Assembly (NCBI GenBank): GCA_977030845.1
Contig: OZ365113.1
Span: 30,566,001 to 30,630,000 of the forward strand
Reading direction: 5' to 3'
From: Fimbriosthenelais zetlandica
Lineage: Eukaryota
DNA length: 64,000 nt
In this document: positions 13,401 through 25,890 of the stretch, one piece after another
How positions within the stretch are numbered: the first letter of the stretch is position 1
Layout: the number at the start of each line of letters is the position of its first letter
The notes under the pieces: generated by a model
Databases searched by the model: none
What the model was told of the DNA's origin: nothing
What the model saw: the letters and a program-made list of their open reading frames with translations, nothing else
Program-made: the position numbers and the translations under genes

Positions 13401-16400
13401 TCCTGTAAGCAAAGATAAAAAAATAACGGAGAATAAATTTTGGTTAGGCCGACTAGCTGTGGTGCAGGCTGAGTTGGACGCAGCGAGGACGGGCCAAACT
13501 GGAGCAACTCCTGAAAAGCTCGCTGCTCTTCGCTCCAAAGGTATTAAATATATTACAGCCATTCTCTGCTCTCTGGATCTAAGGTTCATATCGTCTGATG
13601 ACTGAAGCTCCATTGAATGCTTTGAAGTTTACTATTCAGAATTATTTGCGATGTTATAAATATTATTTCAAACACACATGAAAACATGGCAATTAGATTT
13701 CAATAGACAGTCCATGAAAAATTTATTACACATGCATATTACCAACATTTGACAAAAAACCATGGATAAGTTGTCAGTCAAATATTGAGTACGCTATTAT
13801 ACTAATCCAACATTTCATTGCATCACAATAATACCACTTTATCATGTTAAAATGTTATTATATATTAAATGTTATTATTTTTCTGTGCTCTGAACTACAA
13901 AGTCTTGTTCAACGTTTTAGTGACTTGTATTAAAGCGGCAATATCACTGATTCCCACTTAGTGTCGATCTATTTCAGTTTCACCAAGCTCCATGGTGTGT
14001 GACCCAAATTCTAGCCTGGGCATTGGCTGAGAGGTATTACAATGTATCCAAAAATAATAACAGTGGTGCAGAGAACCATATTCTGACACTCTACTAGGAA
14101 TTTGATATAGCTGCTTTGGATCCTGATGTGAATTTGGATCTTGTCATATGCCAGCAGCTACTATGTGCACACTGTACAGGAAGAGATCAGTGATAGAGCC
14201 GCTTTAAGGTTTAACATCTCTGGTGAAATTATAGTTATACAGATTTCCACCTTTCAGGGCCGGGCGAAGGAGATGTAAACCTGACAGATGAAGACCGGGT
14301 GGAACTCGCTGCCTACGCCGCACAAGGAGGAAACACAGGTATGTTTTTATTTATTTTTTTACATTCGAAAAAATGACTAACAAACCAAGGTAAGAGGCTC
14401 TTCACTTTTAATGTAATCGACCATGAATAGAAATCTTAAAAAACGATTTACTGACGAAACGATTTATTAACTCAGGCTTGCATTGGTCGGTACTATAAAA
14501 GTACTATATTAGAAGTTTGGTCCAGGAGAACTGCAGTTTTATCCTGGAATACTCCAGGAATTTAAGACTACCAATCAGTTTCCATCTTGACACATACACG
14601 AACAATACTTGGTTTCTGTAATAGTCTCTGGTAATACTTGTGGAGATGTGGCCTGGTCGGGAATACCTTGTAAGAAACTCCAACCAAGTTGAAACGATAC
14701 AGAATGACGCTTAAAGCGATGTCCACAGCAGAAAACTTATCATCAAAGAGCCAGGCTTCAGCCATAGAGGGGTCTAAAAGGGAAAACAGATGAAGGTGTC
14801 AGAAGCCAAAAAGTTCACTTATAGATCTCTAGATCTTAGTTGAAATGGTTATCATGCAGATTTGGGCACCCGAATGAATTAATGAATTAATATTGTTGCA
14901 GAAATAGCATTAATTAATCCATTAATTAATGCTATTTCGCCAAATCATGTCATGTGCCTGCGACATGATACCTCAGTGAGGCAGCACTATAAAAGAGCAT
15001 TGGGCTCACTGTCACAAGTAGGCACCGTCATGATATAACTGAAAAATTGTTCAAAAGTGACGTTAAACCCCATTCAATCAATCAAACTATTTCGCCAAAA
15101 CAATATTCATGGATTGTCGAATTATAACATTTAGTGGAGAGGAGGCATAAATGTTTAGTCATATTTTGAAATCGAATCCTCGAAAAGTACCATGGGATAT
15201 TCCAAAAATTGTGCATTTGCTATGGCCATAATATAAGTATTTAAGAATTTCTCACCTTTTGAATTTCCCTCAAGCTTTTTTTCAATAATGTCAAGTACTT
15301 GATTGGCGTGGTCTAGGGCAGCCAGTACCTCGTCTCTGGACATTTTGCGATTGAAGGGGTAGTTCTCTAACTTTGTCTTGTAGGCAGCATGTAGTTCAGG
15401 ATCGTTCTCAGATTCCTCTGTCATTTTTTTCAACTTCTCGAGACGCTTATTCGTATCTGTTGTGTCGAAATAGAAACTTGTCAATGCAATAGATAACTCA
15501 TTGAAAGTAAAAACTGGCAAAACAAAATGAAAAGTAGACACCTAAAGTGAAAAGTAGATTACCTAACATAGCTTTTGCCTTTTCATCAGAAAACAAGGAA
15601 TCCTTGCTGATATCACGATTTGCAAACGAACCAAAGGTGACCAATCTAATGTCAATGGTGCCCAGTGCTGACAATAAATCTGCAGCCTCAGTCTTGTGGG
15701 CTGCTGGAAAGAGGGGTGGCCCATCTGGAAAAAAAAAACCAATTCAGTGCCATAAAGCAACTCTATCACCAATATTTCAGCCAGATATTTAGTTCAATCT
15801 GTGACCTTTTTACTACAGGCCTGAGCTGATTTCTCACATGTGGTTCAGTCAATGCCCAACTTGGAATCTGGGAAAAGTCCCCAAAGTTGGTAATTTTGCA
15901 TGCTACTTTGTGCAGGCTCCCACATCTCATCTGCATCTCCAGTATAGTGGCTGGCAGTAGAACTAAAATGTAAATCTAACCCGCCCTCAAGGTCATTGCT
16001 AGTTGGTGATAGAGACGCTTTAAGATGTTGATGTAATGCTCACCTAAGTTGTCCTCCAGATATTCAGTGATGACTTTAGAATCCACGATGTATTTCTCCC
16101 CATGCTGTAGTACTGGAACCTCCCCTTTAGGGTTCAGCCTCATGAACCATGGTTCAAGGTTATCAGTCTTTGGCAGACTCACCATATGTATCTGATACGA
16201 CAAACCTTTTTCTTCCAATGCCAAACGAGCCTAAAGCAAACAAGTGAACCTAAGGCAATGACTATCTTCACTTATACATGATCTATTAATGAACTGTCCC
16301 TCTTCCCTTAGTTTATTAGTTAAAAAACGAGTGCTTAACGAACGCATTTAGCGCAAAATGCGTTAAAATGCAGTTTTTAGAACAAAATGCGCCCCAAATT

Positions 16401-17914
16401 TAGTCCAAGCTTTTTGCGTTCTCTAACCGTAAACGGCAGTTTCACTCGTTTGGTATTTGTGCAAATCTTGCTAAAAAGTATTCGTCATACCCTCATTATT
16501 TAACTGAGAAACGGGCCCCGAGCTTTAGGTACATGTATCAAGTGCCTGTGGCACTGGACCGTGCCAAGATGCTCCACACTGTATGGTGTTTCTGTGCTGA
16601 ATTAGGTCATGGTTTTTTCCACATTCTTTACAGATCTTATTGAGAGATTCTAAGACACATATATGGTTAAGACCCAAATATTCATACCCTTACCTTTTCG
16701 AGTTAAGGTTGATAACTTCCTATAAGGAACCCGCCTTTTTGTTTGAAATCAAAACTAAATATTGGGCCGAATTCTGACTGCCATCAGCATGTTATGTGAC
16801 ATGAATCAGAAAGGATTTTTTATTGTAAAATTGAAAATGTATCTGACCTTTTGGGAGCAGAATGATGCTGGGAAACAATAGAGGGTTAGCTCGGGCGATT
16901 CCATGTTCTTCTACTTTGCTAAACTAGTCTGTGTCCCGCAATTTCTACCTTGTATACACTCCCTCCCTCTATGATATATTTTGGAATGTTTCTGGTCTAC
17001 ATATTCAGGACAACTTGGTATGGCAATCAGAATGCAATGAAAACCGAACAATGTTTGAGAACGCTTACTGTCACTGTCATATTAGTTGTAAATGCCATTG
17101 GCACATTCTGAATAAATAAGAAAATGAAACAATATTATCTCACCCTTTGAGGGAAAAAATGAAACAATATATCTCACCCTTTGAGGAAAAAAAGAAACAA
17201 TATATCTCACCCTTTGAGACCAGGATGATAATGGGAAGTAGTAGAGAGTTAGCTTGGATGGATCCATGCTTTCTGTACGTCTAGTTATACAGGCTGAACT
17301 GAATAAGTACGCTGGGTCTCAATTCATCCTACCCTGGACACTCAGTCTTTGTCATATGTTTTGGAATATATCTGGTATCATACATGAAGTTCAAATTTGT
17401 CTGTAAATCAAATGTATGAAAATGTATGAGTTATAAGTATGGAAATCCAAATGCAGTCTAAACAATTTTTATTGCGTAGACACTACCCACCCCCTCTAGC
17501 GTACAATGGAGATTCCTAGTAACAGATAACATAGATTTCCCATAAAAGTTATACCAGTTGTATTCTGGATGAATATCTATAGAGTATTTGTCTGTAATGT
17601 ACATGTATGTACATAATAGATGACTGGCCCCGCATCGCGCTCTGACTGATGATCTACGTTTTGAGTGATCTATAGAGCCCAGTATGAATTACATAGGCAG
17701 CTGTCGCTTCCAGAACAAAAGGATGAATGACTGATTTATACATGTATTATTGTATTATTATGAATGTATTATTTTTACACCGATAAATTGTTTTCTCTTT
17801 TTTCAGTGGAATTTGCTGCTTTGAAAGAAGAGTGCTCTAATCTCAGGAAAAGGATACAAGATGTCGAGCAAGAAATGAAAATGTGAGTTAAGTTCCATTC
17901 CTCCTTCCACCTAA

Positions 17915-17959
<45 letters not shown>

Positions 17960-19154
17960 CATCCATTTTAATGTTTTTAATGTATCTTTCAGGACACGTA
18001 AGGAGAACGCTGCGTTGAAGGCAGACTATGCCCGCCTCCAGGAATCCTATAAGGACCTGGAGGAGCTAAAAGACAAGCTACAGAACAATGAAGAGATCTG
18101 GAGAATGAACCTTACTGATGCTCAGAAAGATGCCGAGAACACCAAGTCTGAGGTGAGATTTAGCTTTATACGAAACTAGAATTAATGTGGCTGATCCATG
18201 CGACGTCAGCAATATAAAGAAAGTCATCAATAGAATGTGGCCGAGGGCATTATGGTTGATAGGCCTACTGTTTTTCATTTTTGGGAAGTCAGAATCTGAC
18301 TGTCAAACCGAATTTCGGTTCATTGCCATGCTTCTGTGAGGATGATATCAACATTTTGCTCCATGAATATTGCACCTTTGCCCGAGAAATATGCTGAAAA
18401 TACATGCAATTTTCGTGTCTACTACGTTTATGAGCCCTGATAACATTGACCATGTGGTGGTATATGATTATTTAACTGTGTATTTCAGTTGAAGGCAGCA
18501 AACAACGAGATCTCGGAGTTACGAGATAAATGTGCGGCTCGTCACGAGGAGCTCATACTGAGCTCAGACCACGTGAGGGACGAGGACTTCGCTCTGCTCG
18601 CCCACAGAAGCAAAACGGTTAGTTACTTACTCGCTTATTATTCACTCATTTATCAAGACTAATCATAGTACATACAAATAACCATTGACATCAGCCGTCA
18701 GTGAACATTTTTCCCGGTCTCAAGCCTGTTGTATACGGCTCCCTCTGATCAGTGTCTGCTACTTCGGGGAGGATTTATGTCCATGAAAACTGAAATCTTC
18801 AGTTTGTGTTAAAATCATGTGTCTTGCCTAAAACCTAATTGATATCGATAAAGAAATTTTCAAACCAAGGTATATATGAAAAGACTTTGGGGGCTTCCTT
18901 GCTTTCAGATCATAGTCTTTAGTTTTGAGGTTGCTTGGATTATCCTCCTGGAGTCCACATGATATGGGAAAGAGAACTTTTCCATGTAGTGCACAATATC
19001 GTGTATGTCTCCAGTCCATGTATTGTCTATGGCTCCCTCAATGTTTCAGTTATCCGTCATGTCCATGGTACCTCTCCTCATGCTTCTCTTCGCCATCCTT
19101 CTGGCTCTCTACCCAACTCTGGCGCAAATCACGGCCACGGCGACCCCGACGTGA
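1414..19154 (+). CDS. SLMAP: SLMAP-like (sarcolemmal membrane-associated protein) coiled-coil, tail-anchored protein; 3' part, 5' end lies outside the window
   Basis: Phase-consistent AG/GT exons 1414-1539, 1896-1958, 6507-6569, 13448-13540, 14258-14338, 17807-17882, 17993-18152, 18489-18617 and 19050-19154 (TGA). They splice into one open heptad-rich frame (..ELDDATRAAKKSSDEAKQLQLQLSDAQK..EFAALKEECSNLRKRIQDVEQEMKMTRKENAALKADYARLQESYKDLEELKDKL..). It ends in a single hydrophobic anchor LSVMSMVPLLMLLFAILLALYPTLAQITATATPT*, which resembles the SLMAP C-terminal TM. The FHA domain is not in the window, so the identity is inferred. Confidence 0.7.
5990..6410. repeat. Degenerate repeat array upstream of SLMAP exon 6507
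   Basis: Recurrent CCTAAATTGCC and ATGCCCTT motifs. AAATT(A/G)CCAACATAGTGTAAA occurs at about 6179 and 6337. Confidence 0.6.
8947..9419. repeat. Degenerate minisatellite, about 12 units of 30-40 bp
   Basis: Recurrent TTACTGTGCTAnnTAGTACAGA core. Confidence 0.8.
13934..14203. mobile_element. Kolobok-like non-autonomous element (TTAA TSD)
   Basis: TTAA|AGCGGCAATATCACTGAT ... ATCAGTGATAGAGCCGCT|TTAA; the TIR matches at 16/18 and the termini are RR..YY. Confidence 0.75.
14568..17267 (-). CDS. GDAP1-like glutathione S-transferase-fold protein (270 aa), nested antisense in a SLMAP intron
   Basis: Exons 17267-17211, 16230-16044, 15724-15563, 15456-15256 and 14773-14568 are phase-consistent. GST-N: LTLYYFPLSSWSQRARLALEEKG..PWFMRLNPKGEVPVLQHG..DSKVITEYLE. 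A long helical insertion of GDAP1 type follows. GST-C: WLFDDKFSAVDIALSVILYRF. An AATAAA lies on the - strand about 100 nt after the stop (TTTATT at 14463-14468). Confidence 0.85.
14949..15086 (+). mobile_element. 3' part of a SINE (MetaSINE-like core plus simple-repeat tail)
   Basis: GGCAGCACTATAAAAG..GCACCGTCATGATATAACTGAAAAATTGTT..GACGTTAAACCCC followed by a (TCAA)n tail. It resembles invertebrate SINE 3' ends by recall; the family call is unverified. Confidence 0.55.
16330..16519. mobile_element. Truncated Harbinger-type element (one end only) in GDAP1-like intron 1
   Basis: Ends in CTGAGAAACGGGCCCC, like the 33941 element. No matching left end was found. Confidence 0.35.
17915..17958. 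repeat. (CTAT)11 microsatellite inside a 110-bp SLMAP intron
   Basis: Read directly from the sequence. Confidence 0.95.
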
Positions 19155-19235
19155 CCCGTTAGTTAGATCACAACATCCCGACGTCTCGTCACCCGACGTT
19201 AGGTCACACAATCCCGACGTCACATGTCACTGAGT

Positions 19236-19480
19236 CAGGGTTCAGGAAAATCCCGGAAAATCTAAAACCCAGCATTGGAGTCTTGGAAAACCAGTTCTGC
19301 ATAATCCTGGAAAGTCTTGGGAAAATGACGATTTCCCGACCTAATTTCAGTTCATTGTCAGGCTTGCATGGGCCGAGAAAGTCACAAGCATTAGGATTTG
19401 GTTCCTGGAAAACTGCAAAATTGTCCTGGATAAGTCCTGGAAATGTCCTGGAATTCTGGTCTCGAAGTCGATGAACCCTG
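19236..19480. mobile_element. MITE with CAGGGTTCA termini in the SLMAP 3' UTR
   Basis: 9-bp TIR CAGGGTTCA/TGAACCCTG and repeated internal TCCTGGAAA motifs. No clean TSD. Confidence 0.6.
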
Positions 19481-21519
19481 GTGATGTGACCCGACGTTCT
19501 GTCACAGTATCCTGACGCCAGGTCACAATAAGCCACGGGTAGAGCTTACCAAGCTTAAACTGGCTACAGTCACACAAAATAATCATCTCACCAATTCAAA
19601 TAAGCATTTTTATATGGGTAAAAAAGTCTCAGCATTGAGATGCTTGGTCACAGTGCGAGTGGAGAGTGAACAAGAGTCAGGGATGAAAGTCACAGGCATT
19701 TTGAAATTTCTGAATTTTTGTAATCTATTCTCAATTGGTTTTATAAAGGTTTTTGTTGGAATATACTGGATATAATTGATATTACTAAAATTTCTAAAAT
19801 GTTTTGGAATATATGAATTGGATATATATATAATGGATTTTCAAAAATGTGGTTGGAAATGTTTTCGAGTAAATATAATTCTATATTAAAAGTGCGTAGG
19901 AGAATGGTATTTAAAAGTTGGATTTTTTAATTGCCTGATATGACTTGAATCCCTGAGAACGAAAAAAAAATGCTAATCAGGATTTTTTGTATGGATTGTT
20001 GGTTGAAGGGTCTGCAAGAGAAGCATAATGATGAGTGAGGGACACACGGTCCCGGGGTTTAATGTCCTACTCCTGTAATATATGGTCTTTATATATACCG
20101 TAAATATCATAATTAAAACTGTATTTTCTATCAGAAAGCTCTGTTGATTTCAAATACCAAGATGGAAATTCAGTTTGCAAATACCATGTTGGATTGTAAT
20201 ATTTTTGTAATCCGTTATGTATAATCTTTTTAATTTTCGATTAGAGTTTCTTGGATTATAATCTGATAAAACTTGTTGAAAACTTGACATAACAAAATGG
20301 AGATAGTAATGCAACTTTAACTGTGATATTTACGGTAAGCGGGAAGGTATTGTAATTATATAATACACAAGTCAGGGATATTGAGTGATAAAATTAATAT
20401 CTATCTGTGGTCTTGCAAGTTCACACTTCTTGGGGCGGGACACACAAGCCGAATATTTTTTCCGATAGCCTTCAAATTCCCCCTTCTGATAACACCTAAC
20501 GATTTAACTTCCCCTAGTATCTTCCCCTAGGTGTAACACGATGTTAAATTTTCAAGCATTTGGTTTGAAACGAAGTGACAGTTCTGAGATTCAATCGGAT
20601 GGACTAACGACTTGGTGTGTTCCCTCCCTTAACTACAGGCCAACTTACAAAAAATAGGTGTAATATATAATACAAAAATATATATACCCTCATGTTGTAT
20701 ATATTATGGTGACATTGGGCCTGTTTCATAGTAATAGAATATCCAATCATTTAATTTTTGAGCACCACAATCTCAAAATCACAAAACGGGGAAATGTAGT
20801 TATGTGTTCATCGATCGTTCTGTATAGAGTTGGGGTTTTTTGATGTAAATAATTCATTCTCAGTCATTGTGCTTATTCCGCTACCGTGCGGCCTTAGATT
20901 GTACCAGGGTGAAGTAATTGCATTTTGAAAATATGTTTAAAATATGTTTCTGATGAATTAAACCACTGAGTCCTTTGCATGGACTACTTTTCCGAGCTAG
21001 TGATAGAACCGGAATGGAGCCTTTGTCAGCTAAATTAGAGCCGGACTTTGTTTGCCATGGTGACCATGCGTTTATGCAGAATTCGATTAATGCAGAACTA
21101 GTTTTGACATGCGCAGGTGACATTTTTTCCCAGAAACTGGAAAGCTTGGTGCAAGGGTTAAGAATGGAATTTTGTTTTTCTCTCTCGAGTTAATGAATAC
21201 TGAGGTATGTCTTCGTCTATGGGTCAGTTGTGTTCAGAGAAATGCTCTAATTCAACGCCCCTCATATGCTTCATGGAATGCAGAACAATAATGGTATGTT
21301 CTCAGACTATAAAGCATTTGCTAATATCAATGAACCCGGAAGGAGTCTTTACCGTGATGGAAAATAATACAACATATTTTGGCCATTTTGAATTTAAATT
21401 TTGAGGATATTTAAATAAATGTTAACCAAAATTTAGCCGCTGCCTCTTGGACAATCTAGTAGGATTATTATGTAATAGAGCCGACGTTGTCTGCCATCCC
21501 TGCAGAGTGACGAGCTGGT

Positions 21520-22112
21520 TATTTTTCGGTTAGAGAAGTCTGGGTTTTAAACGTTGAGAAGGCAACATATACAAAGATATAGAAAGCCGGATCAGCAGTA
21601 GAACCCTTTATGCCCACACTGCCTAAGTCACTGCCTGAAACTATATAAGGCCCACACCAACCAGACCAATCAGACCAACCGACAGATGGAAAATATAAAA
21701 GAAAAATCGGCCCAGTCAACCGACCATTTGGTTTTATTTCGGTTAACTTCCGCCAGAGGGAGTATGGAAACTAAAATGTTATCATCATGAAACTTTCCAT
21801 CTGTCGGTTTGTTTGGTCTCTTCCTAAACCGACAGATGGAACGGTTGAAATCTGACGGTCGGTTGGCGTCTGTCGGCTGGTGTGGAGGCACATTAAGTTG
21901 ATCTGTGTCGCAGTGATTCAGGCTGAAGCCTCCAATGTCTGTCTGTTCGTCCCTAGCCCTGTATTCAATTCATTTATGTTCTGCATGTTGTGCTGATCGG
22001 GAAAAAAGAGCAAGTAACTGAAGAAAAGAAATATAAAAAATATAACCCTTACATTCCTCCTGCATGCCAACCAAACCAACGGCAGGATAAATCTATTTTT
22101 CTTGGCTGGACC
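21520..22112. mobile_element. Probable non-autonomous DNA transposon remnant
   Basis: ACCGACAGATGGAA occurs three times in direct and inverted orientation (about 21679, 21795 and 21829), with CCAACC repeats. The ends are not resolved. Confidence 0.35.
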
Positions 22113-25100
22113 TGACAATGAAATTTGAATGACTTCATTTAAGTAGTGTGCCAACATGTTGCAACTTTTGGCAGTAAATAGCACCTCTAGGTTGAACATT
22201 TTATCACATACAAATCCTGCGAATTTGTGCACCAGTTGGGGGTCATAAATGTGTAAAATTAACCTAACAAATTTACCAGAAATAAGAAATTGAGTGAAAC
22301 CAAATGGGTAGACCTGTAGATTTGAATGTGCTGTGAGGAGGTGGGGGTGTGAGGGGGTTACTACTGACTGCCCGAGTAAAAATTGCTTTTCATTAATTTT
22401 AAAAAAGCAATCTACAATGATTTACCCACGTGCTTATGACTTTTCGTTTAGCCAGTTGGCTTTTGGAATATAAGATACCACTGACAGATCCACTTTTCAT
22501 ATTTTTTTTTCGCTCCGGTGTCGTTATTTTTTTTGTTTTGCCGCACTCAGAAATTTGTCACTGGGAGGGGTATGAGAGAAAGGTCTGTGGTCTCAAAAAC
22601 AGTCAGGTATATATGTCTCTCTAAGAATTTGGAAGCAAGTATCCAGGGTGTCCATGGGGTTTCAAAGTCCCTGATTTCTCCCTACTGTACATTTGTACTA
22701 CTATACGATTTCCGTTGGTGAGCAATTCCCTGTAGAAATATAATTTATATTTTAAAGATTTTTACTAAAAAAAATCTCTGACTTCACATTTCCATGCACT
22801 TTGCCTTTAACCTCGAATTTCCTGATTTCCCCTACAGGGAACTTTGTTGAAAGGAAATTTCCATTCACCAGTGGACACCTTGAATATCACCCTTGTACCA
22901 CAAAGGGTAACAAATAATCAATTTTCTATTGGAGGGATCTATAGTTTCGTCTTGTAGCAGGTGAAAACCAGACAGGTGTTTTCTCACCTGTGGGTGTAAA
23001 TATCATCTATGTAGTCTTATTTATATCATCTGTGGTGTTCTAAAAACCAATGGAAACACATTGGCCATGTGTGCTCGAACATAATTGTGTCTCTCTTTGG
23101 TATGAAAGCGAAGTGGAATTGGATTTATATCTAAACATCGGATATACATCAGTGTTTGCAATCAAGAATTTCTAAACATGATGTTTAAACAGTTGAATGG
23201 TTACCAGAGTATAAAGTGCTTAAAAATTATTATAAATGTCTGTCTCCATTTATAATGATTCCTTCACTCTTTCTTTCACTGCCAGAACATTTCATAAAAT
23301 ATATGGGAAAGATAGTGCTCCATATATTCTCCAGTGATAAGAAACGTTGCCATTGAAGTTTAACTTTGCGACAAATATTAAGATGTTTTCTACTATACAA
23401 GGACCTATTTCATTTATGAAATATGCATCAAGTTTAGTGTGATATTTACAATGTTAATAGTTTAAAATGTTTTTGTTTAGATGTTTATAAGATGCGAAAT
23501 AGAAATGTGAGCATAAAAGCGTGAGAATATAGGTAAATTAATGGACCTAATGTTTCTCGGAAACCTCATTTGAAAAGGTGATAATTTTCCTGGTAACTTC
23601 ACACAAAATTAGCTGTGAGAGGTAATTATTACCTCGATTTTACATCAATTATCGCTCCTCCCCTCCCACTCTATATCATTATCGCTATTATAGCCGGGAC
23701 AATTAAGATGTGTGGGGCTCATTTTCATTTGACAATATCTGACAATTTAACTCATTCCAGTAATATGATTGTTCAAATCTTTATAAATGCCATTTCTTTG
23801 GGCTCCACTCTGTAAGATTGTATCGTAAAATATTTAAATATCACATATATAAAGATGAGTGCTTCAAGATGAACTGTATATGAACTGCACACCCTGGAAA
23901 CAGTCTTGAACATAACTGTATTTTCAACGATGATTACCGGAAAATCTGTGTATGAGTCAGTGGTGGAATTATGAAATACCACAGCTGTAAAAAATAACAT
24001 AGATTCCCATAGGTTTTACGGTGTTCGTCGTAATAATTGTAATGCATTTTTAAGAATGAGTGCATAAATATTAGCTTGTAATGTCAAAGAATAAGTGTAT
24101 GTGTGTGAACTATACAGGCTAAAGTTTTTGTCACTCAATCAAAACTGTATATAATAAGTCGAAACTGGTCGTTGCCTAGAAACATTTTTCCTGGTATGAA
24201 TTTTTTTGAATGTGAGATATTTGCATTAGATTCAGTAGTTCTTGTTCCGTGAAATCTTTTCTCAGTCCCTAAATACTCGATCTGTATGTCATGAAATTGC
24301 CATGTAAATTGTATAGGTGACTGATGTAAATAAAGTTTTGTACGAACGTTGAACATCAATTTTTTGTGCCTCTTAATACGAATATAATTTCCCCTTTAAT
24401 CAATGCGAACTCTACAGGGCGATGCATTTTGTGCGGGCTTTTCTTTGCTGTATAAACACCAAAGACCCAATTGTATTAATATATTATACTTGCCTTTATC
24501 CATAACATCCTAGACTAGGTCTGCCCAAGAGTTGAGGCCAAAATCCATATAGCCTAGGCCAATAATTATTGCTACAATTATTTTTTGATTGATCATGAGC
24601 ACCATTTTCATGATTTTTAAATAGGCTACCAGTGAAGCTTATTGATCTGCGTACTTTTATAATTTATCTATTGACTTTTTCTCATTCCGGTTTGCCCAAG
24701 TGTTGACTATGTTAAGTATTAAAGATTAAAGAGCTTTCCTCCCATCAAAAGACACCAAGCCGAGAAGTTAGCAAGCAAAGGGAGGCTTCTCAGCGGGTTG
24801 CTATACGAGAGCTTGCTGCGGGAAACGCCTACACATAGAGGTCGCCCTTTGTGAAGTCCAAACTGTGGTCGCAGATTGGAGAGGTGCGAAAACACTCAAA
24901 GGGAGGGCAGAGACGTGATTTTAACACATGCGCCTCTTGAAACCTAGCTGGAATTGTGGGGGGAAGCGGAGGTGCGAACGCAGCGACTCGTTGATTACCA
25001 TTACACAATGTGTTAAGGTTAAGTTGAATGTCCTTTACTTACTAGGGGGTGACGTGGTTAACATGATTAACACACCAAATAATAAATATAATTAGCAAAA

Positions 25101-25566
25101 TGATATATTATGCCCCCACTGATGACGTTTTATTATTCATTTTATTGATGCTTTTCCTTATTTTTCTATGCTATGTTCAATAAATAATTTTATTTATCCC
25201 TCAGCAAAGCAGATGGAAGATGTTATATCTTCTGTTGGAAAGATGTAGGCCGTGGTCCATTTTGCTACGAAATACGAGGTGAAAAAAAATATTGATTTGA
25301 CAATTATATATATCGCAGCATCAAATTGCAGGTAAGTCTCGCTTTATTAAATTTACTTTGACACATATATCCAATACTATTTTTACCCATTTAATATATT
25401 TTCTAAAACCCCACTGCCCCCCTTGAAAAACGGACAGCCCCATGTTCAGCTCATTCAATGGACAGGTGTGAAAAGCGCTCGACAAGAAGAAGCGCGAACA
25501 TTGGTCGTGAATGTCGTCTGCCTATAGACGAAGCAATTCACACGAAGGTGTTAACGCGCCAACCTG

Positions 25567-25603
25567 GATAAAAAGCGGGGCTACAGGTAGCTAGACATCA
25601 TTC
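25567..25603 (+). promoter_or_regulatory. Candidate TATA-like box and Initiator of the homeobox gene
   Basis: GATAAAAAG at 25567-25575 lies about 30 bp upstream of an Inr-like TCATTC at 25598-25603, about 290 bp before the ATG. Confidence 0.35.
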
Positions 25604-25890
25604 ACCAGCTCGGCATTCATACAATACACAACTACCATACAGACAGCATTTATAACCACAGCTTCAAGTGTTTCTTACTTGGATTTCTACCAAAAGAAAC
25701 ATACCTGGATTACAATATTTCTAACGATATACTTTGAAACACATTTGATTTCTACAGGTGGTCAAAACTAATTCTATTGGACAACAATATTGATTAACAT
25801 CAAGTGCCAAATTCTACATTATACGCATCCAAATAGGAACTATATTTGAACTTGATTTTGTGCCAACATTTGTTGAGGATTCTTTTCAAA

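Noticed and set aside
18925-19586. Overlapping ORFs around the SLMAP stop codon
   Set aside because: They are alternative frames of the last exon, the CCCGACGT array and a MITE.
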